This document shows, piece after piece, positions 13,337-37,800 of a stretch of 64,000 nt of DNA. The position numbers were made by a program, and so were the translations under genes. Numbering within the stretch: position 1 is the stretch's first letter; each line of letters starts with the position of its first letter. The notes beneath the pieces are model-generated. The model did no database searches. It saw only the letters and a program-made list of their open reading frames with translations, and had not been told where the DNA came from. The DNA comes from Lingula anatina. Lineage: Eukaryota; Animalia; Brachiopoda. The stretch lies in assembly GCA_051362555.1 (NCBI GenBank), contig CM120641.1:21824001-21888000 (forward strand), in the 5' to 3' direction.

Positions 13337-16300
13337 TTTCTATATTATTATTTTTTGAAGTACTTTACCTTGTAAGATGCTAGGCTGTACATAACCCAGA
13401 AAACTATTAACATTACGTACACAGCAATTGTATGTTGATTGCATAGTGATAGTCCACAGACAAAGGCACCCACAACTGCAACCTGATAAAATAATAATAA
13501 TTCTCATACGACATTACCTTGATTCTAACTAGAAACTAGCTTACAAGTCAGCATGTCTGTATCTGATAGAATCTGCACTGCTTATACTTAACTTTGGATC
13601 TTGACATAAATTGAACCAGTGCGGTATGAGAAAAGAGAATATTAATACTGACACATTCTATCTAAGGCCACACTTTTTTAATTTTATGGATGACATCCTG
13701 CGCGCGCACCGATTTTCGTCCGTTCTCCAAAAAAAAAAAAAAAAAAAAAAATTCCCCCCCCCCCCAAACCGCCCCCCCCCCCCCCCCCAAAGGAAGTCGG
13801 TTGTCGCAAACATCGTTATTGAATTTGCCGGAAAATGCAATCGGCAATTCTCTGCTAATTCCGCAAGCTCCATACTGTCATTGTCGACTGCGGAGACATT
13901 CGAGTAGTTCCGAGTGTGGAAAATGAGCTTTCTGCGCATGCGTATTATCACCACATGGAAATATGGCCGTTTTGCCGTCAACTTCATCTCTAGCATTAAT
14001 TTCAAAATACACGACAATTAAAGTCATAAAGAGAACGGGGGCCGTTGTTTTGGATTGGTTTGCCATTGATATTGGACATGGAGATATCACCCTTTTACAA
14101 TTTTACGAAAGGCTGGCCGCGGCCAGCAATCATCGCCCGGAAAATTTCAGTGACATTCTGTCCAAAGCAGCACATACCAGTTTCTTTTTGGAGCAAAAAA
14201 AGGGTCGACAAGAGCGTCGCGGTATTTGGTGGACTGAAGGTCGGACAGGCCACCCGATAGTTGGCTGCTAGCGTGTGAGTCGAAGTAGACAAAATGGCAT
14301 CGACCGAAATTACCTTAGTAGTAGGAAGCATAGGCCTATCTTTGCTTAATTTTTTTAACAATTCTGTGAAGTGTTTACAATGCTTTAATTTTCTGAGAGT
14401 ACAAATAAAGACACGCTATTTATTTGATATTTGTTTTATTGGTTTCTATACCAACAGAATGCATGAAATAACCTTAAATAGATTTGGTAATATGCAGCAT
14501 ATATATTCATGACTTTTTACCTTTCTACGAAGTAGGCCCTATTCACAATGCTTTAATATTTTGAGAGCATGGATAAAGACATGTTGTTAGTTTGATACGT
14601 GTTTCTGTGGTAAATTAGTGTTTCCAGCTGTGTACTGAAAACATAACTTTTCTTAAGCAGTTTTTTTTTTTTTTTTTTTTTTGGACTGTTTTTTTTTTTT
14701 TTCGCCCGCTCGCACCGACTTTGGGGTCCCCAGAGGATGTCATCCATAAAAATAAAAAAGTGTGGCCTAACCTTTGGTTTGAGTTGCACTGGACTTTGTT
14801 CAAACTGAACTGACAGCAGCATCAGGAGTGCTATGAAGAAATTGTTGAGACTAAAAACCTCTGCTGTTGTAGCCCAACTCCAAGTCAATGGGCTGAGGGC
14901 AAACAGTCCTGCTGACAATATGGCCGCCGGGTGAGAACGAGTTAACCTGGGAGAAATAAACAAATGTCCATGGAATAATTAATTCTTTTTTTTTTTACCT
15001 AATATCCAGAATTAAATAAAGCAAATATTTTAATAATAACTAGCATCATACAAAAAGATTTAACTTTATCAGAGATCATTTTAAAGTATGCCTATTAAAT
15101 AAAAATCACATTCAATTGTAACAAAAATTTTATTAAATTCTTTACAAGATATTTTTCTTCAATACCTTTCCAGTTTCTAAATTCTCAATTATTAAACCAA
15201 GAATTTTTTACCATTATATTTTTCCATTCTTATTATTGTCATCCAGTGAATTCTAATATCTTATCTTTGTATCGTTCGTATCTTTATCACTAAATGAACT
15301 TAAAAGAAAAAATAATAACTTCTTAATCAACTGTAAGTTCTTTTCTTCAGTATTCACTCACCTAAACACTGTAAGCTGTAGTAACACAGCTGCGGCAGCT
15401 GCTACACTAGCATTTAATATATGTGCTCTATAGGCTACATTCCCCACTGGGAGCAGGCTGATGGCCAGCTTGCTGATCATGGTAAATAGTGGGTAGCCCG
15501 GAGGGTGGGGCACCTGTAACATTATTATACATGCTCAAGTGTTTTACAGTACCAGCAGTGTGTGTGTGCTCACACATGTGCGTGCACATGTATTATGGCT
15601 GATGAATGTTCACAGGAAATCATATAATACTGGGAAAAGTTATGGCAATTTATGTACACAAACATTATGAACTCAACATGTGTTCTACAACTCAAATACT
15701 TTGGCTTAACTAGCAGAACAAAGTGCAATGCAGAGAGATTATGGCTTTTTCCAGGCACTCATCATGAAGAAATGACCACATAGAGACAACTGGTAAACAT
15801 CCTCGACCACAACAATTGGAACACCGACCTCTAGGAGGTCAAGCATTCATAACTATTTTCATATATGTTTTGTAAACGGAAAAGACACACAGAAAATATG
15901 CCTACAAATAAATAAATGAATAAATATATAGAATCTGTCTCATTTTTTTCTAGTAAGAAAATAAATTAAAATTTTATTTGACTTTAAAATTTTTGTCCAT
16001 TACTAAGTATAAATGGGCCCTGATAAACGGTAAACCACAACCTAATGCAACTTGTTTAATGCATCAGCACCAAGGCACTTACGTTTTTTACTTACGCAAA
16101 TTCAGCTCTACTCAGTCTGTTCAAAAGTTCATGCAGCTTAGTGGTTTTTTGATTGTCATGACTAAAAGTACCCTTATATATACAAGATATTGCTGAAAAC
16201 CACCAGGAAAGCGTTGTGAACTTCACCTGCATTTCAAAAGGAAGCCTACTGAAGGCATTATGGATAGGGGTTATATTGTTGTGCATGAGGTGAGTTTTAG

Positions 16301-16368
16301 AAAAAGAAGTTTCTAATTTTTGCCTATACTCTATCAGAAATATTTAACACATTAGTAGGTTGAAATTC

Positions 16369-16404
<36 letters not shown>

Positions 16405-18721
16405 TGAGGGTCAGAGCAGTATTTCTTAAACTTCTTGTTTAATTCAACACAAAAAAAGTAAACTTTTTTTCCTCTTTTAAATATCAGCTGAATGAGACTA
16501 TTATGCTTTGGCCAGGCTACTAAGTTGTCAACCCCCAAACCATTTTAGTACAGTTAGATATAATACTTGGTGTGAAAAGGCCATTTTTCCTGTACATAAC
16601 ACTCTTTCCTTATTGCTTTATCAATGGCAAGGCTGTTGGAATGTAATGGTATAGATTGTTTATTATTTGAAACTTTGGTCACTTGTTAGTATCAATAACC
16701 TGTCATAATAATGATTTGAAAGCAGAGTTGACAGTCAAATGTGCAATCAAGATAACTCGGCAACTATCTAGTTCTTAGCAATACTGTAGCACTATTTAAA
16801 TAAAAGCAATGGTCAATGGTCCAAGGTCACTAATTTGCCAGCTGAGCCATTAATCTTACAGACATAAAGATCAAGCGATGTTTAGCCTCATCAGTGAACT
16901 AATTTATCCTTTTGAGGTCAGGAGTAATGGTTACCATTCAAAGTGAATAAAGTATTTTCCTTATTTAAAAAGTCTGAATATTTAAGCTGGTCCAGTATGT
17001 GTAAGGTGTTTTTCACATCTGATGCTATAATTAAGAGATACAGTCTGTATTATTATATTTGGAAGGTCCTAATATGTGATTATGATACAGGGTGTTTTAT
17101 TTGCTTTGACATATTAGTTTGTTACTCTTTGGGTGGAAGCTGATAAATTGATTGTATCAAGGGAAAGGCTATGTTTAGGTGACTTTCTTATGTAAAAGAG
17201 AGGCTAATAAGTTAATTTTTCATAGTGTAACAACACACTGTATTGAGGAAGTATACTGCTCGATGTGAAAAAGGCCTAATTCTTGAAATTTACTGGCCTA
17301 AATTTATTCAAAACATTTATGCAAATTGTGACCCTTATCAGCTACCTTGGAAATATTGAGAAAAAACTAAAGCATAATTTCCCAACTTACCCCTAATTCA
17401 TGAGCAGCCACAATAAGTTCTCCTGAAAAAAAAAGCTCTAAATAGAAAAAACAACTACAACAATGAATAGTTCCTACCAAATTAGCAGGAAAAATGATTT
17501 TCATTGCCATGTTACAGTATTCTTTCTTTTAAAGATATTTTGAAATGGCTAAAAAATATAGCTAGACTCTTCACAAGAAAATAATGCTTCCTAAGGAAAA
17601 TCACTTACATTAATGGCATTTTCTTCCTTTTCAATAGCAAAATTTAATAGCACAATGTTTCTAAAACTTAATTGATACTCAAGAAGCAGATATTAGGGTC
17701 ACTGTGTGTTTATGTGTATGTGTGTTGTGTGTGTGTGTGTGGGGTGGGGGTGGGAGAGGGGGGATGAGGCAGGTAGTTATCCATATACAGAAGTCCCTAT
17801 ACCTGAGTCTCCTCCAGGCAGGGAGGGATGAAGGGTGTATAGGTAAACAACCCATATTAAAGTCCCGCAGGCTGTAATTATGGTAAACTCTGATCTCTGG
17901 TCAGTATCAGGGTCTGCACGCACACGTGGTGCAGCCTCCACAGGTTTGACGTTATTTTTGCCACTGAAAAGAAAACAACCACTAATCTTGATCTTTTATC
18001 TTCATGGTTCTTTAACTAAACGTCCACATGATATCAGTCCATAATTATACCTACATGTGCGTACAGTATACCATATGATATGTCATCTCATCTTCTGATG
18101 TCATTTAACAAGATTTCAAGTGCATATGTACTGGACATTTTAAAGTACATATGCATGGTGCACATAGTATATTTGAAATAATAACTTAATAACAATTTAA
18201 TAATATATGTTCAACATGCTAAAAATAAAATTAGTGTAATCCAACAGAAAAAAAAACGGGTTAAAATCAAAATGACTTGCATGCTAGTGGGTAGTTTTTC
18301 ATTCCATAAAAAAAATTATCTCCAATCTCATGCAGGAACTGTAGAGCAAAACCACCATTCAACCGACAAAGTACGACCAAGTCACTGCGGTTGGTTCGAT
18401 CGTAAAGAATAATAGTAGTTCTGAGAATTTAGCAAGGTGTTGGTTGGCACATATAATAAAACACGGATATAACAGTTTCAAGTAAACTTCCTGGTATTCT
18501 GAAAAAAATTGATTTAACAACAACGCGTCAGGGTACCGGACGGATGGAAACGAATTCCGTAACTTGAGACGGTCTTTGAACCAGTCTAACAAAAAATAAT
18601 GTGTAAATTTCAAACACCTTCTTCCTCCTTTCTCTCCTTCGGTGTTTTTGAAGTCCTTCGTTGCTTTTTTCGATTCTTCTTTTTCCTTTTTGTGAGTTTC
18701 TTTTCTTTTTTTAGAACCCAT
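7665..18721 (-). CDS. TMEM260: Transmembrane protein 260 (protein O-mannosyltransferase), 19 coding exons, ~736 aa
   Basis: GT-AG exons: 18721-18618, 17963-17803, 17422-17391, 15513-15362, 14946-14772, 13482-13369, 13118-12939, 12680-12640, 12363-12280, 12059-11942, 11660-11587, 11245-11158, 10685-10555, 10261-10207, 9639-9491, 9207-9028, 8825-8772, 8199-8112, 7895-7665 (2211 nt, phases consistent). Family motifs [76 protein letters not shown]. Confidence 0.93.
8518..8721. mobile_element. Degenerate MITE remnant with 25-bp inverted repeat
   Basis: ATCATCATTTTCACAAGTCTACAAA (8518-8542) and its exact reverse complement (8697-8721) in a TMEM260 intron; outer ends decayed, no clear TSD. Confidence 0.55.
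10808..11050. mobile_element. 243-bp fold-back MITE with ~100-bp arms
   Basis: Arms 10808-10909 and 10949-11050, of which 90 bp (CCGTTCACATG...GTGTAATTAC) are perfectly complementary; flanked by TA (10806-10807, 11051-11052). Confidence 0.88.
13666..14767. mobile_element. Non-autonomous PIF/Harbinger-like transposon, copy 2 (inverted relative to copy 1), in TMEM260 intron 5
   Basis: Same TIRs, TSD TAA (13663-13665, 14768-14770); reverse complement of 2011-3134 apart from SNPs, homopolymer lengths and one replaced internal segment. Confidence 0.9.
16373..16398. repeat. (GA)n microsatellite
   Basis: About 13 GA units, seen directly. Confidence 0.9.
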
Positions 18722-19012
18722 GGCGAAAGCTTACTCTCCCTCAAGCGGAAATCTTGGGAATTCCTTCCAAATTAGCCGCCATTTCTGTCATCGTAAGGGA
18801 TGGACACGTAGATGCATATCAGGTTACATTTATATCAAAATCAATAATTGCATGGTACAGAATCCAATTAATATAACCAAATAATATAAAGGGGGGTTTC
18901 TATCATTATTGAATGAATACAAGTATCTTTACTTCTCACATATAACTTTGAAGCGATCGGGGGTTTTCCATTTCCACTTACGTTCCCCGGGCACATGCAA
19001 GGTCACCTAACG
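18722..19012. promoter_or_regulatory. Putative bidirectional promoter TMEM260 / UGP2 exon 1a
   Basis: Only 291 bp between divergent ATGs (18721 minus, 19013 plus); locally CpG-enriched; YY1-like GCCGCCATTT at 18775-18784. Confidence 0.65.
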
Positions 19013-32488
<13,476 letters not shown>

Positions 32489-34855
32489 AAACTTGAGCAA
32501 TCTCACCATAAAGGAATGTCTCCAGAATCTTGTATATATAGGATATTCAAGTTCACAATCTGGATCCAATTGCCTATTGAATGTGTTATTCATCCACTGA
32601 CCGTAAGAATATTTGCTTAACTTTGCTGCCTGCTTTGAATGGCAGGGTGTTTCAGAAAGGCTTCAGAAAGTACATGAAGTGAATGGCTGATATGAAGGAA
32701 AAGGGAAATGAAGAGAAAATGTGAGGGACGGTTGGTTGAATTATTGAAAGGCATAAAGTACTGCAGTCTTCAGCTACAGCTGTTACCAGCTTTAAGCATG
32801 CAGTCACCAATAAAATAAGGACCACATGACTAGATCAGCAGTGTCCTGTCAGGGGCACAGTCCATATAGAATATTTTTATCTTTTAAGATAAAATGAAAA
32901 TAAAAGATAAAATTAAAATGTTTGATACGGAATTTGAAGCCATACAAGAACATGAAGCTCGGACTGAAATCATTAAATAATTTGTAATAAAAATACATTC
33001 ATGCTATTTCTTAACTGATGTTTTTCAGGGAAAAAATGTATTATATGCCATGTAATGGCTTATGGTAAAAAAATGGACAAGCCCATTTTAAAGTGGTCTT
33101 AGAAACATCCTTACAATAGTCAGCATCTCATAACAGAGAGATGGTTTATGTCAGTTTGGGGCACTTGCTATCAGAGCCAATGTGTTTCAAAGAAGAAGTG
33201 GTATGCCTTTTAGTTTATTGCTACGTTATAACCCACATGCTGCCATTAGCCTTCAGTATGCCGTTTTAAAAATTTGAATAACAAGTAGGCAGCACGGTAC
33301 TGAGTGGGTTGAAAATAACCTTAAGTTGGTAGTCAGTAGTTATCTTATCTGTGGGGCTTAGGTAGTCTGGATTAGGGGTCAACCACTAAATTAGAACAAG
33401 GAATTACATCAGATGTAATTCCTTGATTAGAAGTGCATTTATTAAAACGCGCTCTCATTTATTTTATGTCACGTAAATTATTTACTAATCATGCTAAAAA
33501 TAGTATTTATACATTTTGTTATATGCAATGAAGGCATTTTCTTTGTTTTTCTAACATTAAATACAACAAATTGGTAATTTTTAATTTTTAAAGACCTGCC
33601 AATTTTAACTGTGCCATTTTTTTGTGTCAAAGACACAGTGCTGTATGAGGTGTAGGGTTTTAACTTGAACTTGAGATATGACATAGTTCCATAGTTTAAG
33701 CTGGTTACAGTATTCCCGTTTTGTCTCGGTGTGATAATGTATTGTATTTTAATAGCAAGCTGTTGAGCACATTGCTGATATTTCTTAGTGCTGTGACCTA
33801 TCTGTGCATCATGGTAGATATGCTATAACTAAAGATGGAATCTTTAACCATTTGATTTTTTTGTGTGATTTACCCACAAATCTGTTATAATAATAATAAC
33901 TGTCAACTATTTAATCCTGTTTTCACTATATACACGTTTTTGACATGGTGTGTCAGTACATGAAATGGCTTAAAGATGATTGTACTGTAGCAAAATAAAG
34001 TAATAATAAATATTTATGCTACAATTGTTTTTTTTTTGTTTGAAGTGGTCCCTTTTTGCCAAATTAGTTTGTTTTTTTCTTTGTTTCACTTGATTTTTGT
34101 TTAAAATTTAAACTAAATGAACTGGTTTATTCTGACAGTTGAGATGTCACTTCCTCTCCAGATATTCTACAGCATTTAACATCTCCATTGCTCTTTTTCA
34201 GCAGCAGTGATGGCACCATTTTAATAATAAAATTCAGAAGAAGGCATGTTTAAGTGCTGGTCACACCCAGACCTATATGTTTTATTACATCTTTATGTTC
34301 CTGATATTTTAGTATCTTAAATAACCATTCTGAAACAGACTGATGTCTTATTGATGGAATAATAAAATATTTAATATACAAAATTGCACAACACTTAGAG
34401 CCTTGGCTCTGAAAAACTAAGGAATGAAATAAAAATAAAAAGCTTTAGCCACCATTTGACAACTTAACATTTCCTTTCCCAGTGTATTATATTTAAAATG
34501 AGACCATATATTTCCCAATTGAACACTTTGCATAAGTGGTATTATTCCATGGAGAACACAATAATATATAACTGAAACAGTAAAAAGTCTTCACTTACTT
34601 AAAATGACAGCCATACTTTAAAATTGGAACATTGGCTAACAAAACTGTTTTCATTTTGGATAGTTTACCAGGAAAATAATCTCTGGACACATTAGAATGA
34701 ACGTATTGACTAGTGCAAGAGTACTTGAAAGTATAACAACTGGCGTATAAATATCACATTTAATCTAAACTTGCATTCCAATTTTGTGAGACAATTTTAT
34801 CTCTCTGTTGTGTTTCAGCTGACTGAGACATTTTTGTCTCCCCCTTTCTTATCTG

Positions 34856-37800
34856 TCACGTCCATAAACTCTCCATGTTGTAGTCAAGGCTTCCTAAGCC
34901 TGCTAGGGACTTCATAGCACCAGTGTAGAAGGCCAGGTCTGCCATCACCAACCTATGGGGAAAAATCAAATGGTGCTTGTGCGAGTGGAATACTCCAGAG
35001 AGTCAACCTTATTTGTACAACTTTAAAAGCAAACTGCCATATATGCAGAGAAACCATATAAATGTAACCCAACTTTCCAAATCTTTTAATGTAAGGGAGA
35101 TTTTAAAAACCACATTCATACTCAAATCCTTATAAAAAAGAAGAGGCATTTGGTGCTTTTCAGTTTTATTTCACAACTAGAGGATCAGAGAGGCGATACC
35201 GCCTCCGAATATTGTACCACCAGCTGGAGCAAGCGCATTCGTATAGACCCCCACATACGCAAAATAAGGGACACAGCCACTAGTCTTATGCTTGACAAGC
35301 TGTAAAAATGCAATCAACAAGAATTTTCAAAATACGCAAAAAATATATATAACTTAAAATGGTACAATCAAAGTTAAGTTCATTGTAAGGTAGGTCAAAG
35401 GTCAATTTCAAGGTCAAACTAAATTTCCAGTATATGACTTCCTATTCAACTTCAATAGTAACTATGGACCTATCTCTGCCAGGTTTGGAGTTAAAAGAGA
35501 AAGAAATTAGCAGAGTTCAGTTCATGATTATAAGTAGGTCAAAGGTCAATTTCAAGGTCACACTTAGATTGCCAGTATATGACTTCCTATTCAAGTTCAA
35601 TAGTAACTATGGACCTATCTCGCCAGTTTTGGAAATAAAAGGGAACCAAAATTTGCAAAGTTCAATTCATGATAAAAAGTAGGTCAAAGGTCAATTTCAA
35701 GGTCACATTTAGATTGCCAGTATATGACTTCCTGTTCAAGTTCAAAAGTAACTATGGACCTATCTCTGCCAGTGTTGGAGATAAAAGGGAACCAAAATTT
35801 GCAAAGTTCAATTCATGATAAAAAGTAGGTCAAAGGTCAATTTCAAGGTCACATTTAGATTGCCAGTATATGACTTCCTATTCAACTTCAATAGTAACTA
35901 TGGACCTATCTCTGCCAGGTTTGGAGTTAAAAGAGAAAGAAATTAGCAGAGTTCAGTTCATGGTGAAAAGTAGGTCAAAGGTCAATTTAAAGGTCACATT
36001 TAGATTGCCAGTATATGACTTCCTATTCAACTTCAATAGTAACTATGGACCTATCTCTGCTAGTTTTGGAGATAAAAGGGAAGCAAAATTTCCAAAGTTC
36101 AGTTCATGGTGAAAAGTAGGTCAAAGGTTAATTTCAAGGTCACATTTAGATTGCCAGTATATGACTTTCTATTCAACTTCAATAGTAACTATGGACCTAT
36201 CTCTGCCAGTTTTGGAGATAAAAGGGAGGCAAAATTTGCAAAGTTCAGTTCATGGTGAAAAGTAGGTCAAAGGTCAATTTCAAGGTCACATTTAGATTGT
36301 CAGTATATGACTTTCTATTCAACTTCAATAGTAACTGTGGACTTATCTCTGCCAGTTTTGGAGATATAAGGGACTAAATGTTATAATTTTGGAGTTACCA
36401 TAATGTGCAATAAATTTCCTATGGAAAAAGTTAATTAAAATAAAGAAAAGGTCATTTTGGTCAAAATTCTTGAAATGGGAGGTGCTCTGAAGTTCCAGAT
36501 GTTCAAATTTGATGAAATAATGTCATTTTTGACCACGAGTTGCCTGCTTTGCCAAGCCTTATGTTTTATTTTTCCAGAGTTCAAAATTTATTATCCATTA
36601 CCGTACTGCACATTTTGCTTTAACCACCAAAATGTACTTTTTGATACAGCGTAACTTTGGAGATAAAAGGGAAGCAAAATTTGCAAAGTTCAGTTCATGA
36701 TGAAAAGTAGGTCAAAGGTCAATTTCAAGGTCACAGTAAGATTGCCAGTATATGACTTCCTATTCAAGTTCAATAGTAACTATGGACCTATCTCTGCCAG
36801 TTTTGGAGATAAAAGGGAACCAAAATTTGCAAAGTTCAATTCATGATAAAAAGTAGGTCAAAGGTCAATTTCAAGGTCACATTTAGATTGCCAGTATATG
36901 ACTTCCTATTCAACTTCAATAGTAACTATGGACCTATCTCTGCCAGTTTTGGAGATTAAAGGGAAGCAAAATTTGCAAAGTTCAATTCATGGTGTAAAGT
37001 AGGTCAAAGGTCAATTTCAAGGTCACAGTAAGATTGCCAGTATATGACTTCCTATTCAACTTCAATAGTAACTATGGACCTATCTCTGCCAGGTTTGGAG
37101 TTAAAAGAGAAAGAAATTAGCAGAGTTCAGTTCATGGTGAAAAGTAGGTCAAAGGTCAATTTAAAGGTCACATTTAGATTGCCAGTATATGACTTTCTAT
37201 TCAACTTCAATAGTAACTATGGACCTATCTCTGCCAGTTTTGGAGATAAAAGGGAGGCAAAATTTGCAAAGTTCAGTTCATGGTGAAAAGTAGGTCAAAG
37301 GTCAATTTCAAGGTCACAGTAAGATTGCCAGTACATGACTTCCTATTCAAGTTCAATAGTAACTATGGACCTATCTCTGCCAGTTTTGGAGATATAAGGG
37401 ACTAAATGTTATAATTTCGGAGTTACCTTAATGTGCCATAAATTTCCTACAGAAAAAATTAATTAAAATAAAGAAAAGGTCATTTTGGTCAAAATTCTTG
37501 AAATGGGAGGTGCTCTGAAGTTCCAGATGTTCAAATTTGATGAAATAATGTCATTTTTGACCACGAGTTGCCTGCTTTGCCAAGCCTTATGTTTTATTTT
37601 TCCGGAGTTCAAAATTTATTATCCATTACCGTACTGCACATTTTGCTTTCACCACCAATATGTACTTTTTGATACAGTGTAACTCGAAAACCGTATGGAA
37701 TACAAAAAAACGGAGACCACTTCCAGTGTTGGGCTTTACATGCTCTACAAAATGCAAAAAAGAATGGGTCTCTAGCATTAACGGTTCCCGAATTAGAGAC

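Noticed and set aside
18359-18617. Continuation of the 120-aa ORF beyond TMEM260 exon 1
   Set aside because: The donor AG|GTGTTT at 18618 gives the phase required by exon 2; the remainder is intron.
33990-34290. Possible overlapping antisense 3' UTRs of UGP2 and VPS54
   Set aside because: Plausible poly(A) signals (AATAAA at ~33994 and ~34005 on plus; TTTATT at ~34126 and ~34281 for minus) allow the transcripts to abut without overlap; undecidable without 3'-end data.
35434-37682. Repeated ORFs (MTSYSTSIV..., MVKILEMGG...) and the regular array as a possible CRISPR or repeat protein
   Set aside because: The monomers are contiguous with no unique spacers, 145-146 bp is not a multiple of 3, there are no cas genes and the context is a eukaryotic intron.
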